37,538 bases of DNA from Paraspadella gotoi (lineage: Eukaryota > Animalia > Chaetognatha): contig JBJCIZ010000947.1 in NCBI GenBank assembly GCA_051294375.1, positions 1-37,538 of the forward strand, written 5' to 3'. The position numbers were made by a program, and so were the translations under genes. Positions 10,620-22,859 of this stretch are shown piece by piece. A model generated the notes under the pieces. That model saw only the letters and a list, made by a program, of their open reading frames with translations, did no database searches and was not told where the DNA came from. Position 1 is the first letter of the stretch. Every line of letters starts with the position of its first letter.

Positions 10620-11125
10620 TTATGAACAACATACCATCAGTGATTATTAATTTGTAAAAAATATTAATTTTATGTTCTTCAATTTTTGCGGTAAGCTATA
10701 TTTATATATAGTACTATCCTTATAAAATCAAAAAAATTCAAAATAGGCTTTTCTTAATTTTGATTGCAGATTTGAATTCCTCGTCAAAAGTTAATTAAAA
10801 AAATATTAATCATTTTTAAAAATTCTTTTATTAAGTAGGTTAAAAATTCAAAAACTATATTTAACATATAAAATTATAATTTTCAGCTTAAAATATAGAT
10901 TTTTTTAATATTTGACCAACTTAATGCAATAATTTTTAAAAAAGAGTTAAATTTCTTTATATCAACTTTTCATGACAAATCCAAATCTGCAAAAAAATCT
11001 GACAAAAACTATTTTGAAAATTTAACATTTATTGGATTATTAATATGTATAAATTGCATAAATTGTAAAATTTATAATAAAATTGTTTTATACATAAATG
11101 TTCATTAGTATAATGTTATTCGTTC
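10620..11125. mobile_element. Old palindromic MITE-like element centred near 10878
   Basis: ttgcagatttgaattcctcgtcaaaagtt (~10764-10792) pairs with aacttttcatgacaaatccaaatctgcaa (~10964-10992); weaker symmetry continues outward (ttcaaaatag / ctattttgaa). Confidence 0.55.
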
Positions 11126-11241
11126 CTCACTTTTAGAATTTTAATTAAAGTTAAATTTAGAATTTTTACAAAGCTTTTACCGCCCGATCCGAAGCTCGTG
11201 GAATAGTCTTCCAAAATATAACCATTTATGATTCTCCTGCA

Positions 11242-11341
11242 NNNNNNNNNNNNNNNNNNNNNNNNNNNNNNNNNNNNNNNNNNNNNNNNNNNNNNNNNNN
11301 NNNNNNNNNNNNNNNNNNNNNNNNNNNNNNNNNNNNNNNNN
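11242..11341. other. 100-N scaffold join next to the inversion axis
   Basis: Exactly 100 N, the usual unknown-size gap convention. Confidence 0.9.
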
Positions 11342-11456
11342 AATTAATAATCACTGATGGTATGTTGTTCATAATTGACATATAAAACTTTCGTATATAA
11401 CTTATATTACGCTCTACTACATGTGGGTTAGACGCCCCATCGCACTTTCTTTTATG

Positions 11457-11534
11457 AATCAGCAGGGCACGAACACGAATCCTCTCTGTTGGGAGGGACT
11501 CGTGATACCTCCGGCGCCATAAATACTGCTGATT
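11457..11534 (-). pseudogene. tRNA-like sequence, mirror copy
   Basis: Reverse complement of 10455-10532 with a few transitions. Confidence 0.45.
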
Positions 11535-13407
11535 TCTTGAACGAGTAACGGGGTATGAAATATTACCGCTACAACATCATAATTAAAGTAAACCATAGAA
11601 ACAATGTCATAAAAAAATGGACTCTTTTTTCCAAAAGAGCTTAATTTCTGTTCTTAAATCCCTGAATATAATTTTAACCCTATTATTTAACCCTATTCTG
11701 CGACCAAATATACAAACCAATCCTTAACCATAATTCATAATACAAGTTATTAACTNNNNNNNNNNNNNNNNNNNNNNNNNNNNNNNNNNNNNNNNNNNNN
11801 NNNNNNNNNNNNNNNNNNNNNNNNNNNNNNNNNNNNNNNNNNNNNNNNNNNNNNNNNNNNNNNNNNNNNNNNNNGGTCAATCTGCCTTTCTCTTTCGCTC
11901 TCCCGAGTTCTCATTAACTCGCCTTCTTCATGTCATCAGATTAAAAAAAGCGTTTTACCTTGTCTCACTGGTTATGTCTTCAAGTATGGCGTTTGTATGA
12001 AATTGGTACAACCAATATATATATGTTAGTGCATGTTTGTATATCTGTCGGTCTGTTTGTCTGACGAGTTATATACATTCCTTCAATGCCGAGTTTTTCG
12101 CTTCCAGGGCCCTTTTTTTTATCATGTTTCTTTTGTTTTTCAGCTCGGGGGGATATTTCGGTTTTGTTGTGAGTTTGGCTTAGTTTCGGCTTNNNNNNNN
12201 NNNNNNNNNNNNNNNNNNNNNNNNNNNNNNNNNNNNNNNNNNNNNNNNNNNNNNNNNNNNNNNNNNNNNNNNNNNNNNNNNNNNNNNNNNNNNNNNNNNN
12301 NNNNNNNNNNNNNNNNNNNNNNNNNNNNNNNNNNNNNNNNNNNNNNNNNNNNNNNNNNNNNNNNNNNNNNNNNNNNNNNNNNNNNNNNNNNNNNNNNNNN
12401 NNNNNNNNNNNNNNNNNNNNNNNNNNNNNNNNNNNNNNNNNNNNNNNNNNNNNNNNNNNNNNNNNNNNNNNNNNNNNNNNNNNNNNNNNNNNNNNNNNNN
12501 NNNNNNNNNNNNNNNNNNNNNNNNNNNNNNNNNNNNNNNNNNNNNNNNNNNNNNNNNNNNNNNNNNNNNNNNNNNNNNNNNNNNNNNNNNNNNNNNNNNN
12601 NNNNNNNNNNNNNNNNNNNNNNNNNNNNNNNNNNNNNNNNNNNNNNNNNNNNNNNNNNNNNNNNNNNNNNNNNNNNNNNNNNNNNNNNNNNNNNNNNNNN
12701 NNNNNNNNNNNNNNNNNNNNNNNNNNNNNNNNNNNNNNNNNNNNNNNNNNNNNNNNNNNNNNNNNNNNNNNNNNNNNNNNNNNNNNNNNNNNNNNNNNNN
12801 NNNNNNNNNNNNNNNNNNNNNNNNNNNNNNNNNNNNNNNNNNNNNNNNNNNNNNNNNNNNNNNNNNNNNNNNNNNNNNNNNNNNNNNNNNNNNNNNNNNN
12901 NNNNNNNNNNNNNNNNNNNNNNNNNNNNNNNNNNNNNNNNNNNNNNNNNNNNNNNNNNNNNNNNNNNNNNNNNNNNNNNNNNNNNNNNNNNNNNNNNNNN
13001 NNNNNNNNNNNNNNNNNNNNNNNNNNNNNNNNNNNNNNNNNNNNNNNNNNNNNNNNNNNNNNNNNNNNNNNNNNNNNNNNNNNNNNNNNNNNNNNNNNNN
13101 NNNNNNNNNNNNNNNNNNNNNNNNNNNNNNNNNNNNNNNNNNNNNNNNNNNNNNNNNNNNNNNNNNNNNNNNNNNNNNNNNNNNCCCCTTTTTTGTTTTG
13201 GTGACCAGAACCGAAAACAATGGAGGAAATTGACCGGTCGTTTTCGGGGGTCAGTCGGGGTCGGTTGAGATCATTCGAAGGGTCAGTCAAGGTCGGTGAA
13301 GGTCATGAAAGGTCATCCCGACGACGCGCGGATATTTCTGACTTTCGGTTAAGAATAAATGTCGACGGAGGAAAGAAAAAAATTGGGAAGAAAACGGAAT
13401 GGAACAT

Positions 13408-13442
<35 letters not shown>

Positions 13443-13974
13443 NNNNNNNNNNNNNNNNNNNNNNNNNNNNNNNNNNNNNNNNNNNNNNNNNNNNNNNNNN
13501 NNNNNNNNNNNNNNNNNNNNNNNNNNNNNNNNNNNNNNNNNNNNNNNNNNNNNNNNNNNNNNNNNNNNNNNNNNNNNNNNNNNNNNNNNNNNNNNNNNNN
13601 NNNNNNNNNNNNNNNNNNNNNNNNNNNNNNNNNNNNNNNNNNNNNNNNNNNNNNNNNNNNNNNNNNNNNNNNNNNNAGTCGCACGATATTCGAATTTTTC
13701 GTCATCAAGAGATGAATTTGTTTGGGCAAGCAAGAATGACAGCAAGCATTCCTCCTACAATGTAAGCAAAAGTATAAAGAGAAAGAGAGAGAGAGAGCGA
13801 GAGAGAACTTTAGTTAACATTTTTAAAATAAATAGTTCTAAAAATGTATCCTTATTTAATGTAAAGAGGGAGCAAAACAATTTCTTAGCGGGCNNNNNNN
13901 NNNTCTCTAAAGTTTTTTTTAATACTTAGGATCCCTACCGTATAAGGAACGGTAAGCTAAAAAGATCTGTAGTA

Positions 13975-14556
13975 CACTCCGCCGCAAAAAAAGTAGCCAC
14001 TTTTTCACATTGAAAAAAACATTTTTTTTTATGGCTGAATATAGAAATATAAAACAAAGCTTATTGAAAGATGAAACAATTGGCTTAGTCCTAATAAAAG
14101 CGTTTGAAAGTTAAAGGACGTTAAAATGATTATTTAAAAAAATTTAAAAAAAAAGTTTTTGTAAAGAGTTAATAATTTTTCTTTATTATAAAATATTTAT
14201 AATATGAAACTGGCAGAACAAACTTGCATAGAATATTAATAAACAAAAGTGTCAACTATTTTTGACCTAAATAAAATTAAAATAAGTAAAAAACTATAGA
14301 AAAAAATAATTTTTTATCATCAGTCAGAAAAAAAATATCATCAGCTTAACCTCTAAAAATCATTTTTTTCTAAAATTCGGTTTTTAGACTCTGTTTTCTT
14401 CTGCCTGAACCAGTTAATTTTTTTTTACCAATCGATAGCTTTTTTAAAAAAATATCTTTTTCATAAATATTTTCTTAAAATTAAAAAATAAATATAGTGG
14501 GATATAAAGTAGAATATTTAAAGCTAATAAGTAGCTACTTTTTTTGCGCCGCAGTG
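13975..14556. mobile_element. Tc1/mariner-type MITE, ~580 bp, TA target duplication
   Basis: ta|cactccgccgcaaaaaaagtagccactt ... aagtagctacttttttttgcgccgcagtg|ta: ~28 bp imperfect TIRs starting CACT, TA on both sides, AT-rich non-coding interior. Confidence 0.85.
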
Positions 14557-14612
14557 TACATAGAAGAAACATCGAAATAAATGGAATGGAAATTAAAGAG
14601 GTAGAGGTAGAG

Positions 14613-14662
<50 letters not shown>

Positions 14663-15234
14663 TGTGGAAATCGATTCAGAGGAATTCCGCTGATGCAGAG
14701 AGACAGAGTCAGAGAGAGAGAGAGAAATTTTTGTCGTTTTTTTTCTCTCTCTTCTTCTCTCTCTTTTTCTCTCTCACTCTCTCTCTCTCCACCCGCATCG
14801 GTGAGAATGCAAAAGTTTAAAGACAAGTGTCTCATCGGAAAGAGGAGGAGGAGGAGAAGGAGGAGGAGGAGGAGGAAGAGGAGGAGGAAAAAGAGAAAAC
14901 GTCAGTTTTGTCGACTGACAGTAAAATTGGATTCGGTGACACATTTTTTTTGACGCAAGAGACAATCAATTTATCTTTCTCTGCGTCAATCAAAGTAAAA
15001 CTGACAAATTGGATGGAAAAGTTGACTTTTAAAATAATGACGAATATAGAAAAGAATAAACTCAGTTCTGAAGACGTGACTACGACTGAAAATTGCAAAA
15101 TTATTTGTTTCGCTATATTAGATTAAACAAGACTAAATTTCTAAATAATAAGTAAGTTTAACTTAATTGATATTATTGTTGAATTTAATTATTGTTAATT
15201 ATAAGTAAGAGAAAAGACAATAGGCTAAAAATTT

Positions 15235-15632
15235 ATGAAATTGGTACAACCAATATAAAATTATCCATTCCTTTAATAAACTATCTTGCCCCTGACGTTG
15301 GACAGGCTATGGTGGTTTAAGGCCTCCAACCATGTTGTAGGATAATAACATAGCAGGTCCCTTAAAACTTTAAATCAAAACGTTCTCACAGTACGTAATA
15401 CGTATGTATGTGGATAAGGCGCTTAGTGGGCTGATGACTATTATCCGTAACCTCTATGCCTCCTCTGTAGCCATGGAATGGATTCTGGGCTTGGAACCAG
15501 GCTTGAGGGTTTTCCAAGCCCACAAGGTGGTTTACGGGCATCCTCACGCTTCCCGTTGGGTAGGTACCGGGTTCAATCCCAACCAGGTACCTAGTGGTCA
15601 TGAGCTGATGGCTTTACTCAATGAGCCACTGG
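15235..15632 (-). mobile_element. ~400 bp SINE-like element (cleanest copy)
   Basis: Mirror of 3585-3995; internal perfect 10-bp stem gggcttggaa (15487-15496) / ttccaagccc (15512-15521); collinear with 36505-36952. Confidence 0.65.
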
Positions 15633-16457
15633 TCACAACTGAAGGTGTCATGCTTATAGGCGGGGTGAACTTAGGCAATGTCAAACTACATGTATATAAT
15701 TGATGATATAATTGATGACATAATTTATGATATGAGTTTTTGTGTAAAAGAAAGAAAGAAAATAAGTGATTTTTTAATCACTTATTTTCTCTGGTAAGTC
15801 GTGTAATCGAGAATTTATGGATCGGCGATTATTCTCTATAAATTTGCGACCAATCGGGGAGCCGTTCGGCCGTTTCCGACCAATCAGCAATCGATTTTCT
15901 GAATAAGTGGCGTCGAGGGATCGATTTCTCAAAATCGGAGGCGGGAAATTCTCAATTATTTTCTCCTCTTTTTTTTCTTTTCCTTTTTTTTTTTAACGGC
16001 GACTTGAAAAGAGCTTAAAATCAAGGGCGCACCCAGTCCATGAGGGTGGCAAAAGCAAGAAGAAGAGGAGAAAGAGAGAGGAGAGAGAGAGAGAGAGAGA
16101 GAGAGAAACATATTATATATATATATAGTATATATATATAGAGAGAAGGAGAGAGAGGAAAGAGAGAAGAGGCTCATTATTCAAATTCCCGCTTTATCCC
16201 TAAGAAAATCGCGCCGTTAAGTGGGAAAATGTCAGCAAAAGAACAAGTTAACGGTAAAGAAAAAAGGATAAATAAGTAAATTATTTGCAATGATTTATTT
16301 AAAAAATTTCTCCATAACCAATGAAAAACGACGATAACAACATACAAATGTGATAGAAATTATAACAATACAATTGTGTTTTTTTTCTTTTTTCGAATAA
16401 TAATACAAACAGAAAAAACCTCTTTAAGACAGAACCCAACAAACAGTTTTCGTTCTG

Positions 16458-17220
16458 CCCCTCCCCTCTCTCTCTCTCTTCTCCTCTCTCTCTCCTCTTG
16501 CTCTCTCCTCTTTCTCTTTCCTCTCCCTCTCTCGTCCGTCCCCCTCACCCTCCTCTCTCTCTTCTTTCCCTCTCTCTCCCCTCCACCTCTCCTCTCTCCT
16601 CTCCTCCCTCCCCCTCTCTCTCTCTCTCTCCTCCCCCTGCTCTCCTCTCTTCTCCCCTCCCCCCTCTCTCTCTCTTTCCTCTCCCTCCCCCTCTCCTTCT
16701 AGGGTCTCTCCTCTCTTCTCCCCTCCCCTCTCTCTCTCTCTCTTCTCTCCCTCGTCTTCTTCTTCTCTCTCTCCCTCCCCCTCTTCTTCTCTCCCTCCCT
16801 CCTCCCTCTCTCCTCTCTCTCCTCTCCCCCCCTTCTCCTTCCTCCGTCCCTCCACCTCTCCTCTCTCTCTCCCTCCACCCCCTCTCTCCTTCTCTCTCTC
16901 CCTCACCCTCCCCTCTCTCTCTCTCTCTGTCCCTGTCCCCCTCTCTCTTCCCCCTCAGTCTCTCTCCTCCGTCTCTCCTCTTTCTCTCTCTCCCCTCCCC
17001 TCCCTCTCTCCTCTTCCCTACCACCCTCTCTCTCCTCCCTTCCCACTCTCTCTCTCTCTCTCCCCTCTCCTCCCCTCTCTCTCTCCTCGTCCCTCCCCCT
17101 CTGCTCCTTCTCTTCTCCCTCCCAGCCTCTCTCTCTCTCTTCTCCCTCCCCGTCTTCTGTTCCCACCTTCTTCTCCTCTCTCTTCCGTCATCTCTCCTCT
17201 CCTCTCTCTCCTCCTCTCCT
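16458..17220. repeat. Long impure (TC)n polypyrimidine tract
   Basis: Mirror of 2047-2760. Confidence 0.95.
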
Positions 17221-17776
17221 CGCAATCCAAAGGGATCTGCTTTTTTTTTCCTTTATATCCAACGAAGCTTTGTCCCCGGTTTTGAATGGTCCCGGCCTCT
17301 TTAGGTTCTCTTCGACCAAAAATGAGTTTCATCCGGAAAAGCGAATCAAATGAGCGGGTTTATTGGCCGCATACTGTGGCACAGTGGCCTCACCCGTTTT
17401 CTTTCCTTATTAAACAATGGAAGCGGGTTTTCTAGTTTTTTTTTGTTGTGGTTTTTTTTCAGTTGCCGGGCGCCGCGAGTACTGGTCCCGGTCCAGTCCG
17501 CCTGCCCTAATCCAGTACTGTTTTTTGGTTGGTCTTGCCCGTCGTCTGGTTCCTCCTGTCCTGTTTTCTTGTTCTTATGCCTATTGTTCTTCATGAAATA
17601 CTGAATATCAACCGTAGGTCAGGAACAAATATACCACTATGTAGTTCAAAAATGGTTCCATGGTCCCAAGTAGAAATGCGATCTCTAACTAATATAACAA
17701 CAGTCCATCCATCTGTAAAGTGGAGCAAAATTACAGGAGTTACCAGGAGATGGAAACCAGGAATTTCAGAGACTGC

Positions 17777-20700
17777 GGGGGAAAAAATCATCGAAATGAA
17801 TCAAGCTCCTCTGATACAGATGTGGAGCTGGAACACGATCCAAAGACCACGGGAAAAAGAAATTACCCGAAATAGGTAGGCAAAATGGGAGGCAAAAAAC
17901 AAAGTCACAGAATCGCAACTCGTTTTAAAACTTGCCCTGTTTTTTTTTTTTTCCGGCTCTGACTCCTCTCTTCTCTTTCTCTCTCCATCTCTCTTCCTCT
18001 CTCTCCTCTCTCTCTCGCCTCCTCCCCTTTCTCTGCCTCCCGAAACCCCCCCCTAATCCCATCACATCTTCATTCGATTTCGGCCTTGATTTTCCCTTTT
18101 TTTAACCTAATTTCCTCTCTTTAAATTACTTTCTCTTTTTCCTCTCCTTATTACTTCTCTTTCCTCTTTTTAATTGGTCTCTCGTTTTCCTCTCTTATAT
18201 TACTGCCCCTCTTTCCTCCTTTCTATTATACTTTCTCTTTTCCTCCTTATTACTTCTTCTTTTCTCTATTTATTACTTTTTCTTTCCTCTCTCTATTATC
18301 TTCCTCATTCCTCCTATTTATTAACTTATTTTTTTCTTAATTATTTATTATTTTCTTTCCTCTCTCTTATAAACTTTTCCTCTTTTTCTATTTATTATTT
18401 TTTCTTTCTCCTCTCTTTTTAGTTCTCTTTCATCTCTTTATTAACTGTCTCGTTTCGTTCCTCTCTTCATTACCTTCCTCTTTCCTCTCTTTATTACATT
18501 CTCTTTCCTTCTCATTTTACTTCCACTGTTTCATTCCCACTCTTTATTTTAGTCTTTTCTTTTCCCTTTCTTTATGACTTTTCTCTTTTCGGTCCTACGT
18601 GTATCCTTATCGTATTCTTCTTATAAATGTATTGACACCACTATTTTCCCTGAAAGAATGGTGTTCTGTATGCGCATAAAATCCCTCAACTCTTATTTTG
18701 ATAATTGAATATTAATATCTTAACCAAACCTTTTGCCCTAAAATCATTAACCCAATATCTTAATGACTAATTCCCTAACCCTAAACAAATTTTTCTAAAC
18801 CGAATTCGCGAACGTTATCTGCTAGACTTAAACCTTTTAAACCTAATCTTAACCCCACACAACCTAATCTAACCTTTAACCAAGTCTTAACACACAACAC
18901 ACCTAATCTAAAACAATTTAACCCCTAATCTTAACAACTCCTCTTAACAACTATCTTAACCCCAACGAAACGTAATTCCCTTAACCTTTAACCTAATCCA
19001 ATAACCTTTAACTAATGTTAACCTGCCACTTACATATAATCTTAACCCTTTAACCTAAATCTTAACCTTGAAACCTAATCTATAAACATATTTTAGCGAT
19101 GATAAAGGTTGGGCCGACTGGCACGACCCGCCGAGCTCAGTCCACTTTCTTCTTGTCCCGTCTGCTTCCGGTAATTTTTTATTCCTCGGGGAAAATATCT
19201 CAAAGGAATTGGTCTATCTCTATGGCTAATAACTCACCGCGAAGCCCTCGAGAACAGGCGCAGCCTCCGGCGGGTATGCCAGCCCGGCGCTGGGCCGCCG
19301 ATACGGGCTTCCTTCCCTGCCCTTCGACTTTTTTGCGCATCGGCTATTACTTAACTCCTCTTCCCTCCTTCCTTCTCTTTATCATCCCGGATCCGCGCCG
19401 GCTTGCCAAAGTCGATTACCGATTCGTTAGCTGTCAGCCGGCGCGACTTACTTCCTGCTCTCTCTCTTACCCTCTCTTACCGGCCGAGGGCTCTGTCTTC
19501 TTCTGCCCCGACGCGGGAATCGATCATGGGTTTCGCGGGGATCCCGGAGTCTCTTTTTAAAGAGATAAGGCCTTTTTGAAAAAGCATTACATAATTATTT
19601 GTTGGGTCATTTCACGATGTCAAAAAAAAGAAAAAAAAAAACAGAAAGACAGAAAGAAACGAGAAAAGAGAAAAAAGAAAAAGAAGAGAAAAAAAAAAAT
19701 TAAAAATTTACAGTTCAACCAATTTTTTTAATTTTATATTAAGATTTTTGAGGCTTAAAAATAATAAATATTAATAAATCAAAAAGATTATACATCTAAA
19801 CAATAATGTGATTTAAATATGCTCCCTGAAACAATTGGAAAAATTATGATAAAGATTAAAAATGATCGAAATGAGATGAATCTAATATTTATTTGCCATT
19901 TGTTACGCAGAGGAACGTATGAAGAGGAAAGAGTAAGAAACAATATTTTTAAGAAATCAATCCTAAGAATAAAAATTTTGGATGCATGCCAGCTGTGAAT
20001 TATTTTGTAATATTTTTTTTTTATTTGTCAAATTTTCCGCAAATAGCCATATTTTTAAACATGTAAATGTCAAAAATTTTTTAAAATACATTTTTTCTTC
20101 AGCTTTTAAAAGGCAAGATTTTAAATTATCTCCCTATTAATTTTAAATTTTAATTCAATTGACTAAATATCAAATTTTCCAAAAAAAGTTAGCACCATTC
20201 TTTTTAAGGTTGTAGTTTTTGTAAGGTTCTTCTTTTGTCTCAGAAAGGCTCCCTTAGTGCCGTACTGGTTTTTGAAAGAGGTCGCCCCTCTTAGGCTAGT
20301 ATACCAGGAGTTTAGCCAAAGTTGAAACAAAAAGTCCCGTGCAAAACATTTGTGTCCTGGAAATCCTTAAAGCCTCTACTTACTACTACTGAACTCTGAC
20401 TACCTACTACTACTTACTTTATTAAATTATATCAAACACCATTCTATACTACTAAGTTTAATAAATACAGTATTACTTTTTCTTGTTTTTGTATTTCCTG
20501 TATAGGTGGAGATGATTATCTCTGTAGTTACCTTTACCATAGAGACTAGAATTGGTGTGCGCTCAGAATTTTGTAACCCGAACATGGTGGCCATATCTGG
20601 GACATCAATTTTACCCAATGGAAAATGTCTTTAGTATTAATGCTTTCCTCGGCCCCCCCAATGATGGTCCTTTGAATTTGAGCATAACTTATGATATTTC

Positions 20701-21540
20701 TTTACCTTGAATATTTCACAAATTTCACAATCAATTAAATACTAGGTTATTTGGTTAACTTAAAAGAAAACATAAGTATGCCAAAATTTAGCCCTATTGT
20801 TCAGCTCTTACAAAGTGGTATAGACTCTTCAATATTTTTTTTAATTCCTTAGTTACTTTTTTTAACTTCTGAAATTTATAAAAAGATTTCTTTTTTAACA
20901 AAATGTTCAAAAAATTTTGTGTTTTTTTTGAAAACTTTTTTTTTTCCTAATTCTAGAATATATTGTTGTTATTCGCGACTTCAGCTTGGATTTATGTTTA
21001 TTTGTTTTTTTTCTTGTTTTTGTTTCACTGGTGATTATTTCAAGAAGCCTTATTTTTTACTCAAATTCATTATTATTATTTTCGGCCTATAGAGAAAAAA
21101 AAATTCCGGTTAAAATTACCTTGAAATACTGACTAATTCCCTAAAAGAGAATGTCGTTATTAAAGTTAGTTATGGCTCTTTCTTCAAATTTAGTTTATTT
21201 AAAAAAAAATTATTCAAGTTTAAATATAATAAATTTGAATGAGAAATTAAAGAGAGAGGGAGATGACAAAGTAAATACATAAAAGAAAAAACAAAGATAG
21301 AAAGAGAGAGAGACGGCAAAGAGGCAAGAGAGAGTATGAGAGAGAGAGATAGGAGAGAGAAGGAAAGAGAGAGATTATCCGGCCCCGGATCCGCTCGGAC
21401 TGTCGACCGAAGGAAGCCCGCGGAGAGAGAGAAAAATCTCCCGATCCGAGCGGAAATGAAGAACCCGGAAGGAGAAGTGAGTCGATCGGCAGCCCCGCCG
21501 CCCGCCGCTCCGGTCTACGGCTTGCGTTCGGGAGAGCTGA
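17777..21540 (+). repeat. Noisy direct duplicate of 21940-28403, lacking 24463-26697 and 27385-28205
   Basis: 17777-20585 matches 21940-24462; 20586-21345 matches 26698-27384; 21345-21540 matches ~28224-28403. Many single-base insertions relative to the downstream copy. Confidence 0.9.
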
Positions 21541-22305
21541 TTAGATCGTCTATCCTCTCCTCTCCTCTATCTTCTTCTCTCTTCTCCTCCTCTCACCCGT
21601 TTCCTCCAACCTCTCCCTTCACAATCACGCCGTTAGTGGAAAAAGTCCTATTCATGGAGAAACGATAACAAGAACCGTTTCCAATGCACCAGATAAAACC
21701 TTTGCTTTAAACTAAAACCTATTTTTCCCGAGAGGGAGAAGAGGAGAGAGAGAGAGAAGAGAGGGAGAGTGGGGGAGAGAGAGAGGGACGGGAGGGGAGA
21801 GAGGAGAGAAGAAGAAGAGAGAGAGAGAGAGAGAGAGAAATGTCAATAAGGTCAGTCTGTCTGCTCCTTTTTCCCTTTGTCCCGTAAATCCCTAATCCCG
21901 TGTTTTGGTCAGTANNNNNNNNNNNNNNNNNNNNNNNNNGGGAGAAAGAAGAAATCATCGAAATGGAAATCCAAGCTCTCTGATACAGAGAATGGAGACC
22001 TGGCAGATCCAAAGGGACACGGGAAAAAGAAATTACCGAAAATAGGAGGCAAAATGGGAGGCAAAAAACAAGTCACAGAATCGCAACTCGTTTTTAAACT
22101 TGCCTGTTTTTTTTTTTTTCCGGCTCTGACTCTTCTCTCTTTCTCTCTTCTCTCCGTCTCTCCTTCTCTTCTCTCTCCTCTCTCTCTGCCCTCGCTCTCC
22201 TCCCTCTCTCTCTCTCTCTTCTGCCCTCCTCCTCAAAACCCCCCCTAATCCCTAATCCCATCACATCCTCATTCGATTTCGGCTGATTTCCTTTTTTTAA
22301 CCTAA

Positions 22306-22690
22306 TTTCCTCTCTTTATTACTTCTCTTTCCTCTCTTTATTACTTCTCTTTCCTCTTTTTATTGGTTCTCTTTCCTCTCTATATTACTGCTCTTTCCTC
22401 TCTTTATTACTTCTCTTTCCTCTCTTTATTACTTCTCTTTTCTCTATTTATTACTTTTCTTTCCTCTCTCTATTACTTCTCATTCCTCTATTTATTACTT
22501 ATTTTTCTTATATTTATTATTTTTCTTTCCTCTCTTTATAACTTCTCTTTCCTCTATTTATTATTTTTCTTTCCTCTCTTTTTTAGTTCTCTTTCATCTC
22601 TTTATTACTTCTCTTTCCTCTCTTCATTACTTCTCTTTCCTCTCTTTATTACTTCTCTTTCCTCTATTTATTACTTCTCATTCCACTCTT
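22306..22690. repeat. 22-nt minisatellite (ACTTCTCTTTCCTCTCTTTATT)n, about 17 copies
   Basis: Period 22 is visible from 22321 (acttctctttcctctctttatt-acttctct...). Confidence 0.92.
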
Positions 22691-22859
22691 TATTTAGTCT
22701 TTTTCCTTTCTTTATGACTTCTCTTTTCTGTCTACGTTACTTATCTATTCTCTTAATATTGACACTATTTTCTGAAAGCACCATGTTTCTGTTGCATAAT
22801 CCCTCAACTTATTTTTGATATTAATATTAATATCTAACCAAAACCTTTTGCTAAATACT

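Larger units (their letters stand above)
12..10652. repeat. Left arm of a giant inverted duplication (mirror of 11342-19525)
   Basis: 10600-10652 reverse-complements 11342 onward (aattaataatcactgatggtatgttgttcat). Collinear mirrored blocks: 9830-10652/11342-12192, 8440-8735/13185-13442, 7993-8222/13680-13893, 12-5385/13904-19525. Confidence 0.93.
11342..19525. repeat. Right arm of the giant inverted duplication
   Basis: Same block matches as the left arm. N gaps at 11756-11874, 12193-13184 and 13443-13676 are close in size to the corresponding left-arm segments. Confidence 0.93.

Noticed and set aside
11980-13929. Long ORFs of 126-436 aa
   Set aside because: Consist mostly of X from N gaps; the same applies to 29565-30485.
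15404-15703. 99 aa ORF MYVDKALSG...
   Set aside because: Lies antisense within the SINE-like repeat and is not preserved in the diverged copy.
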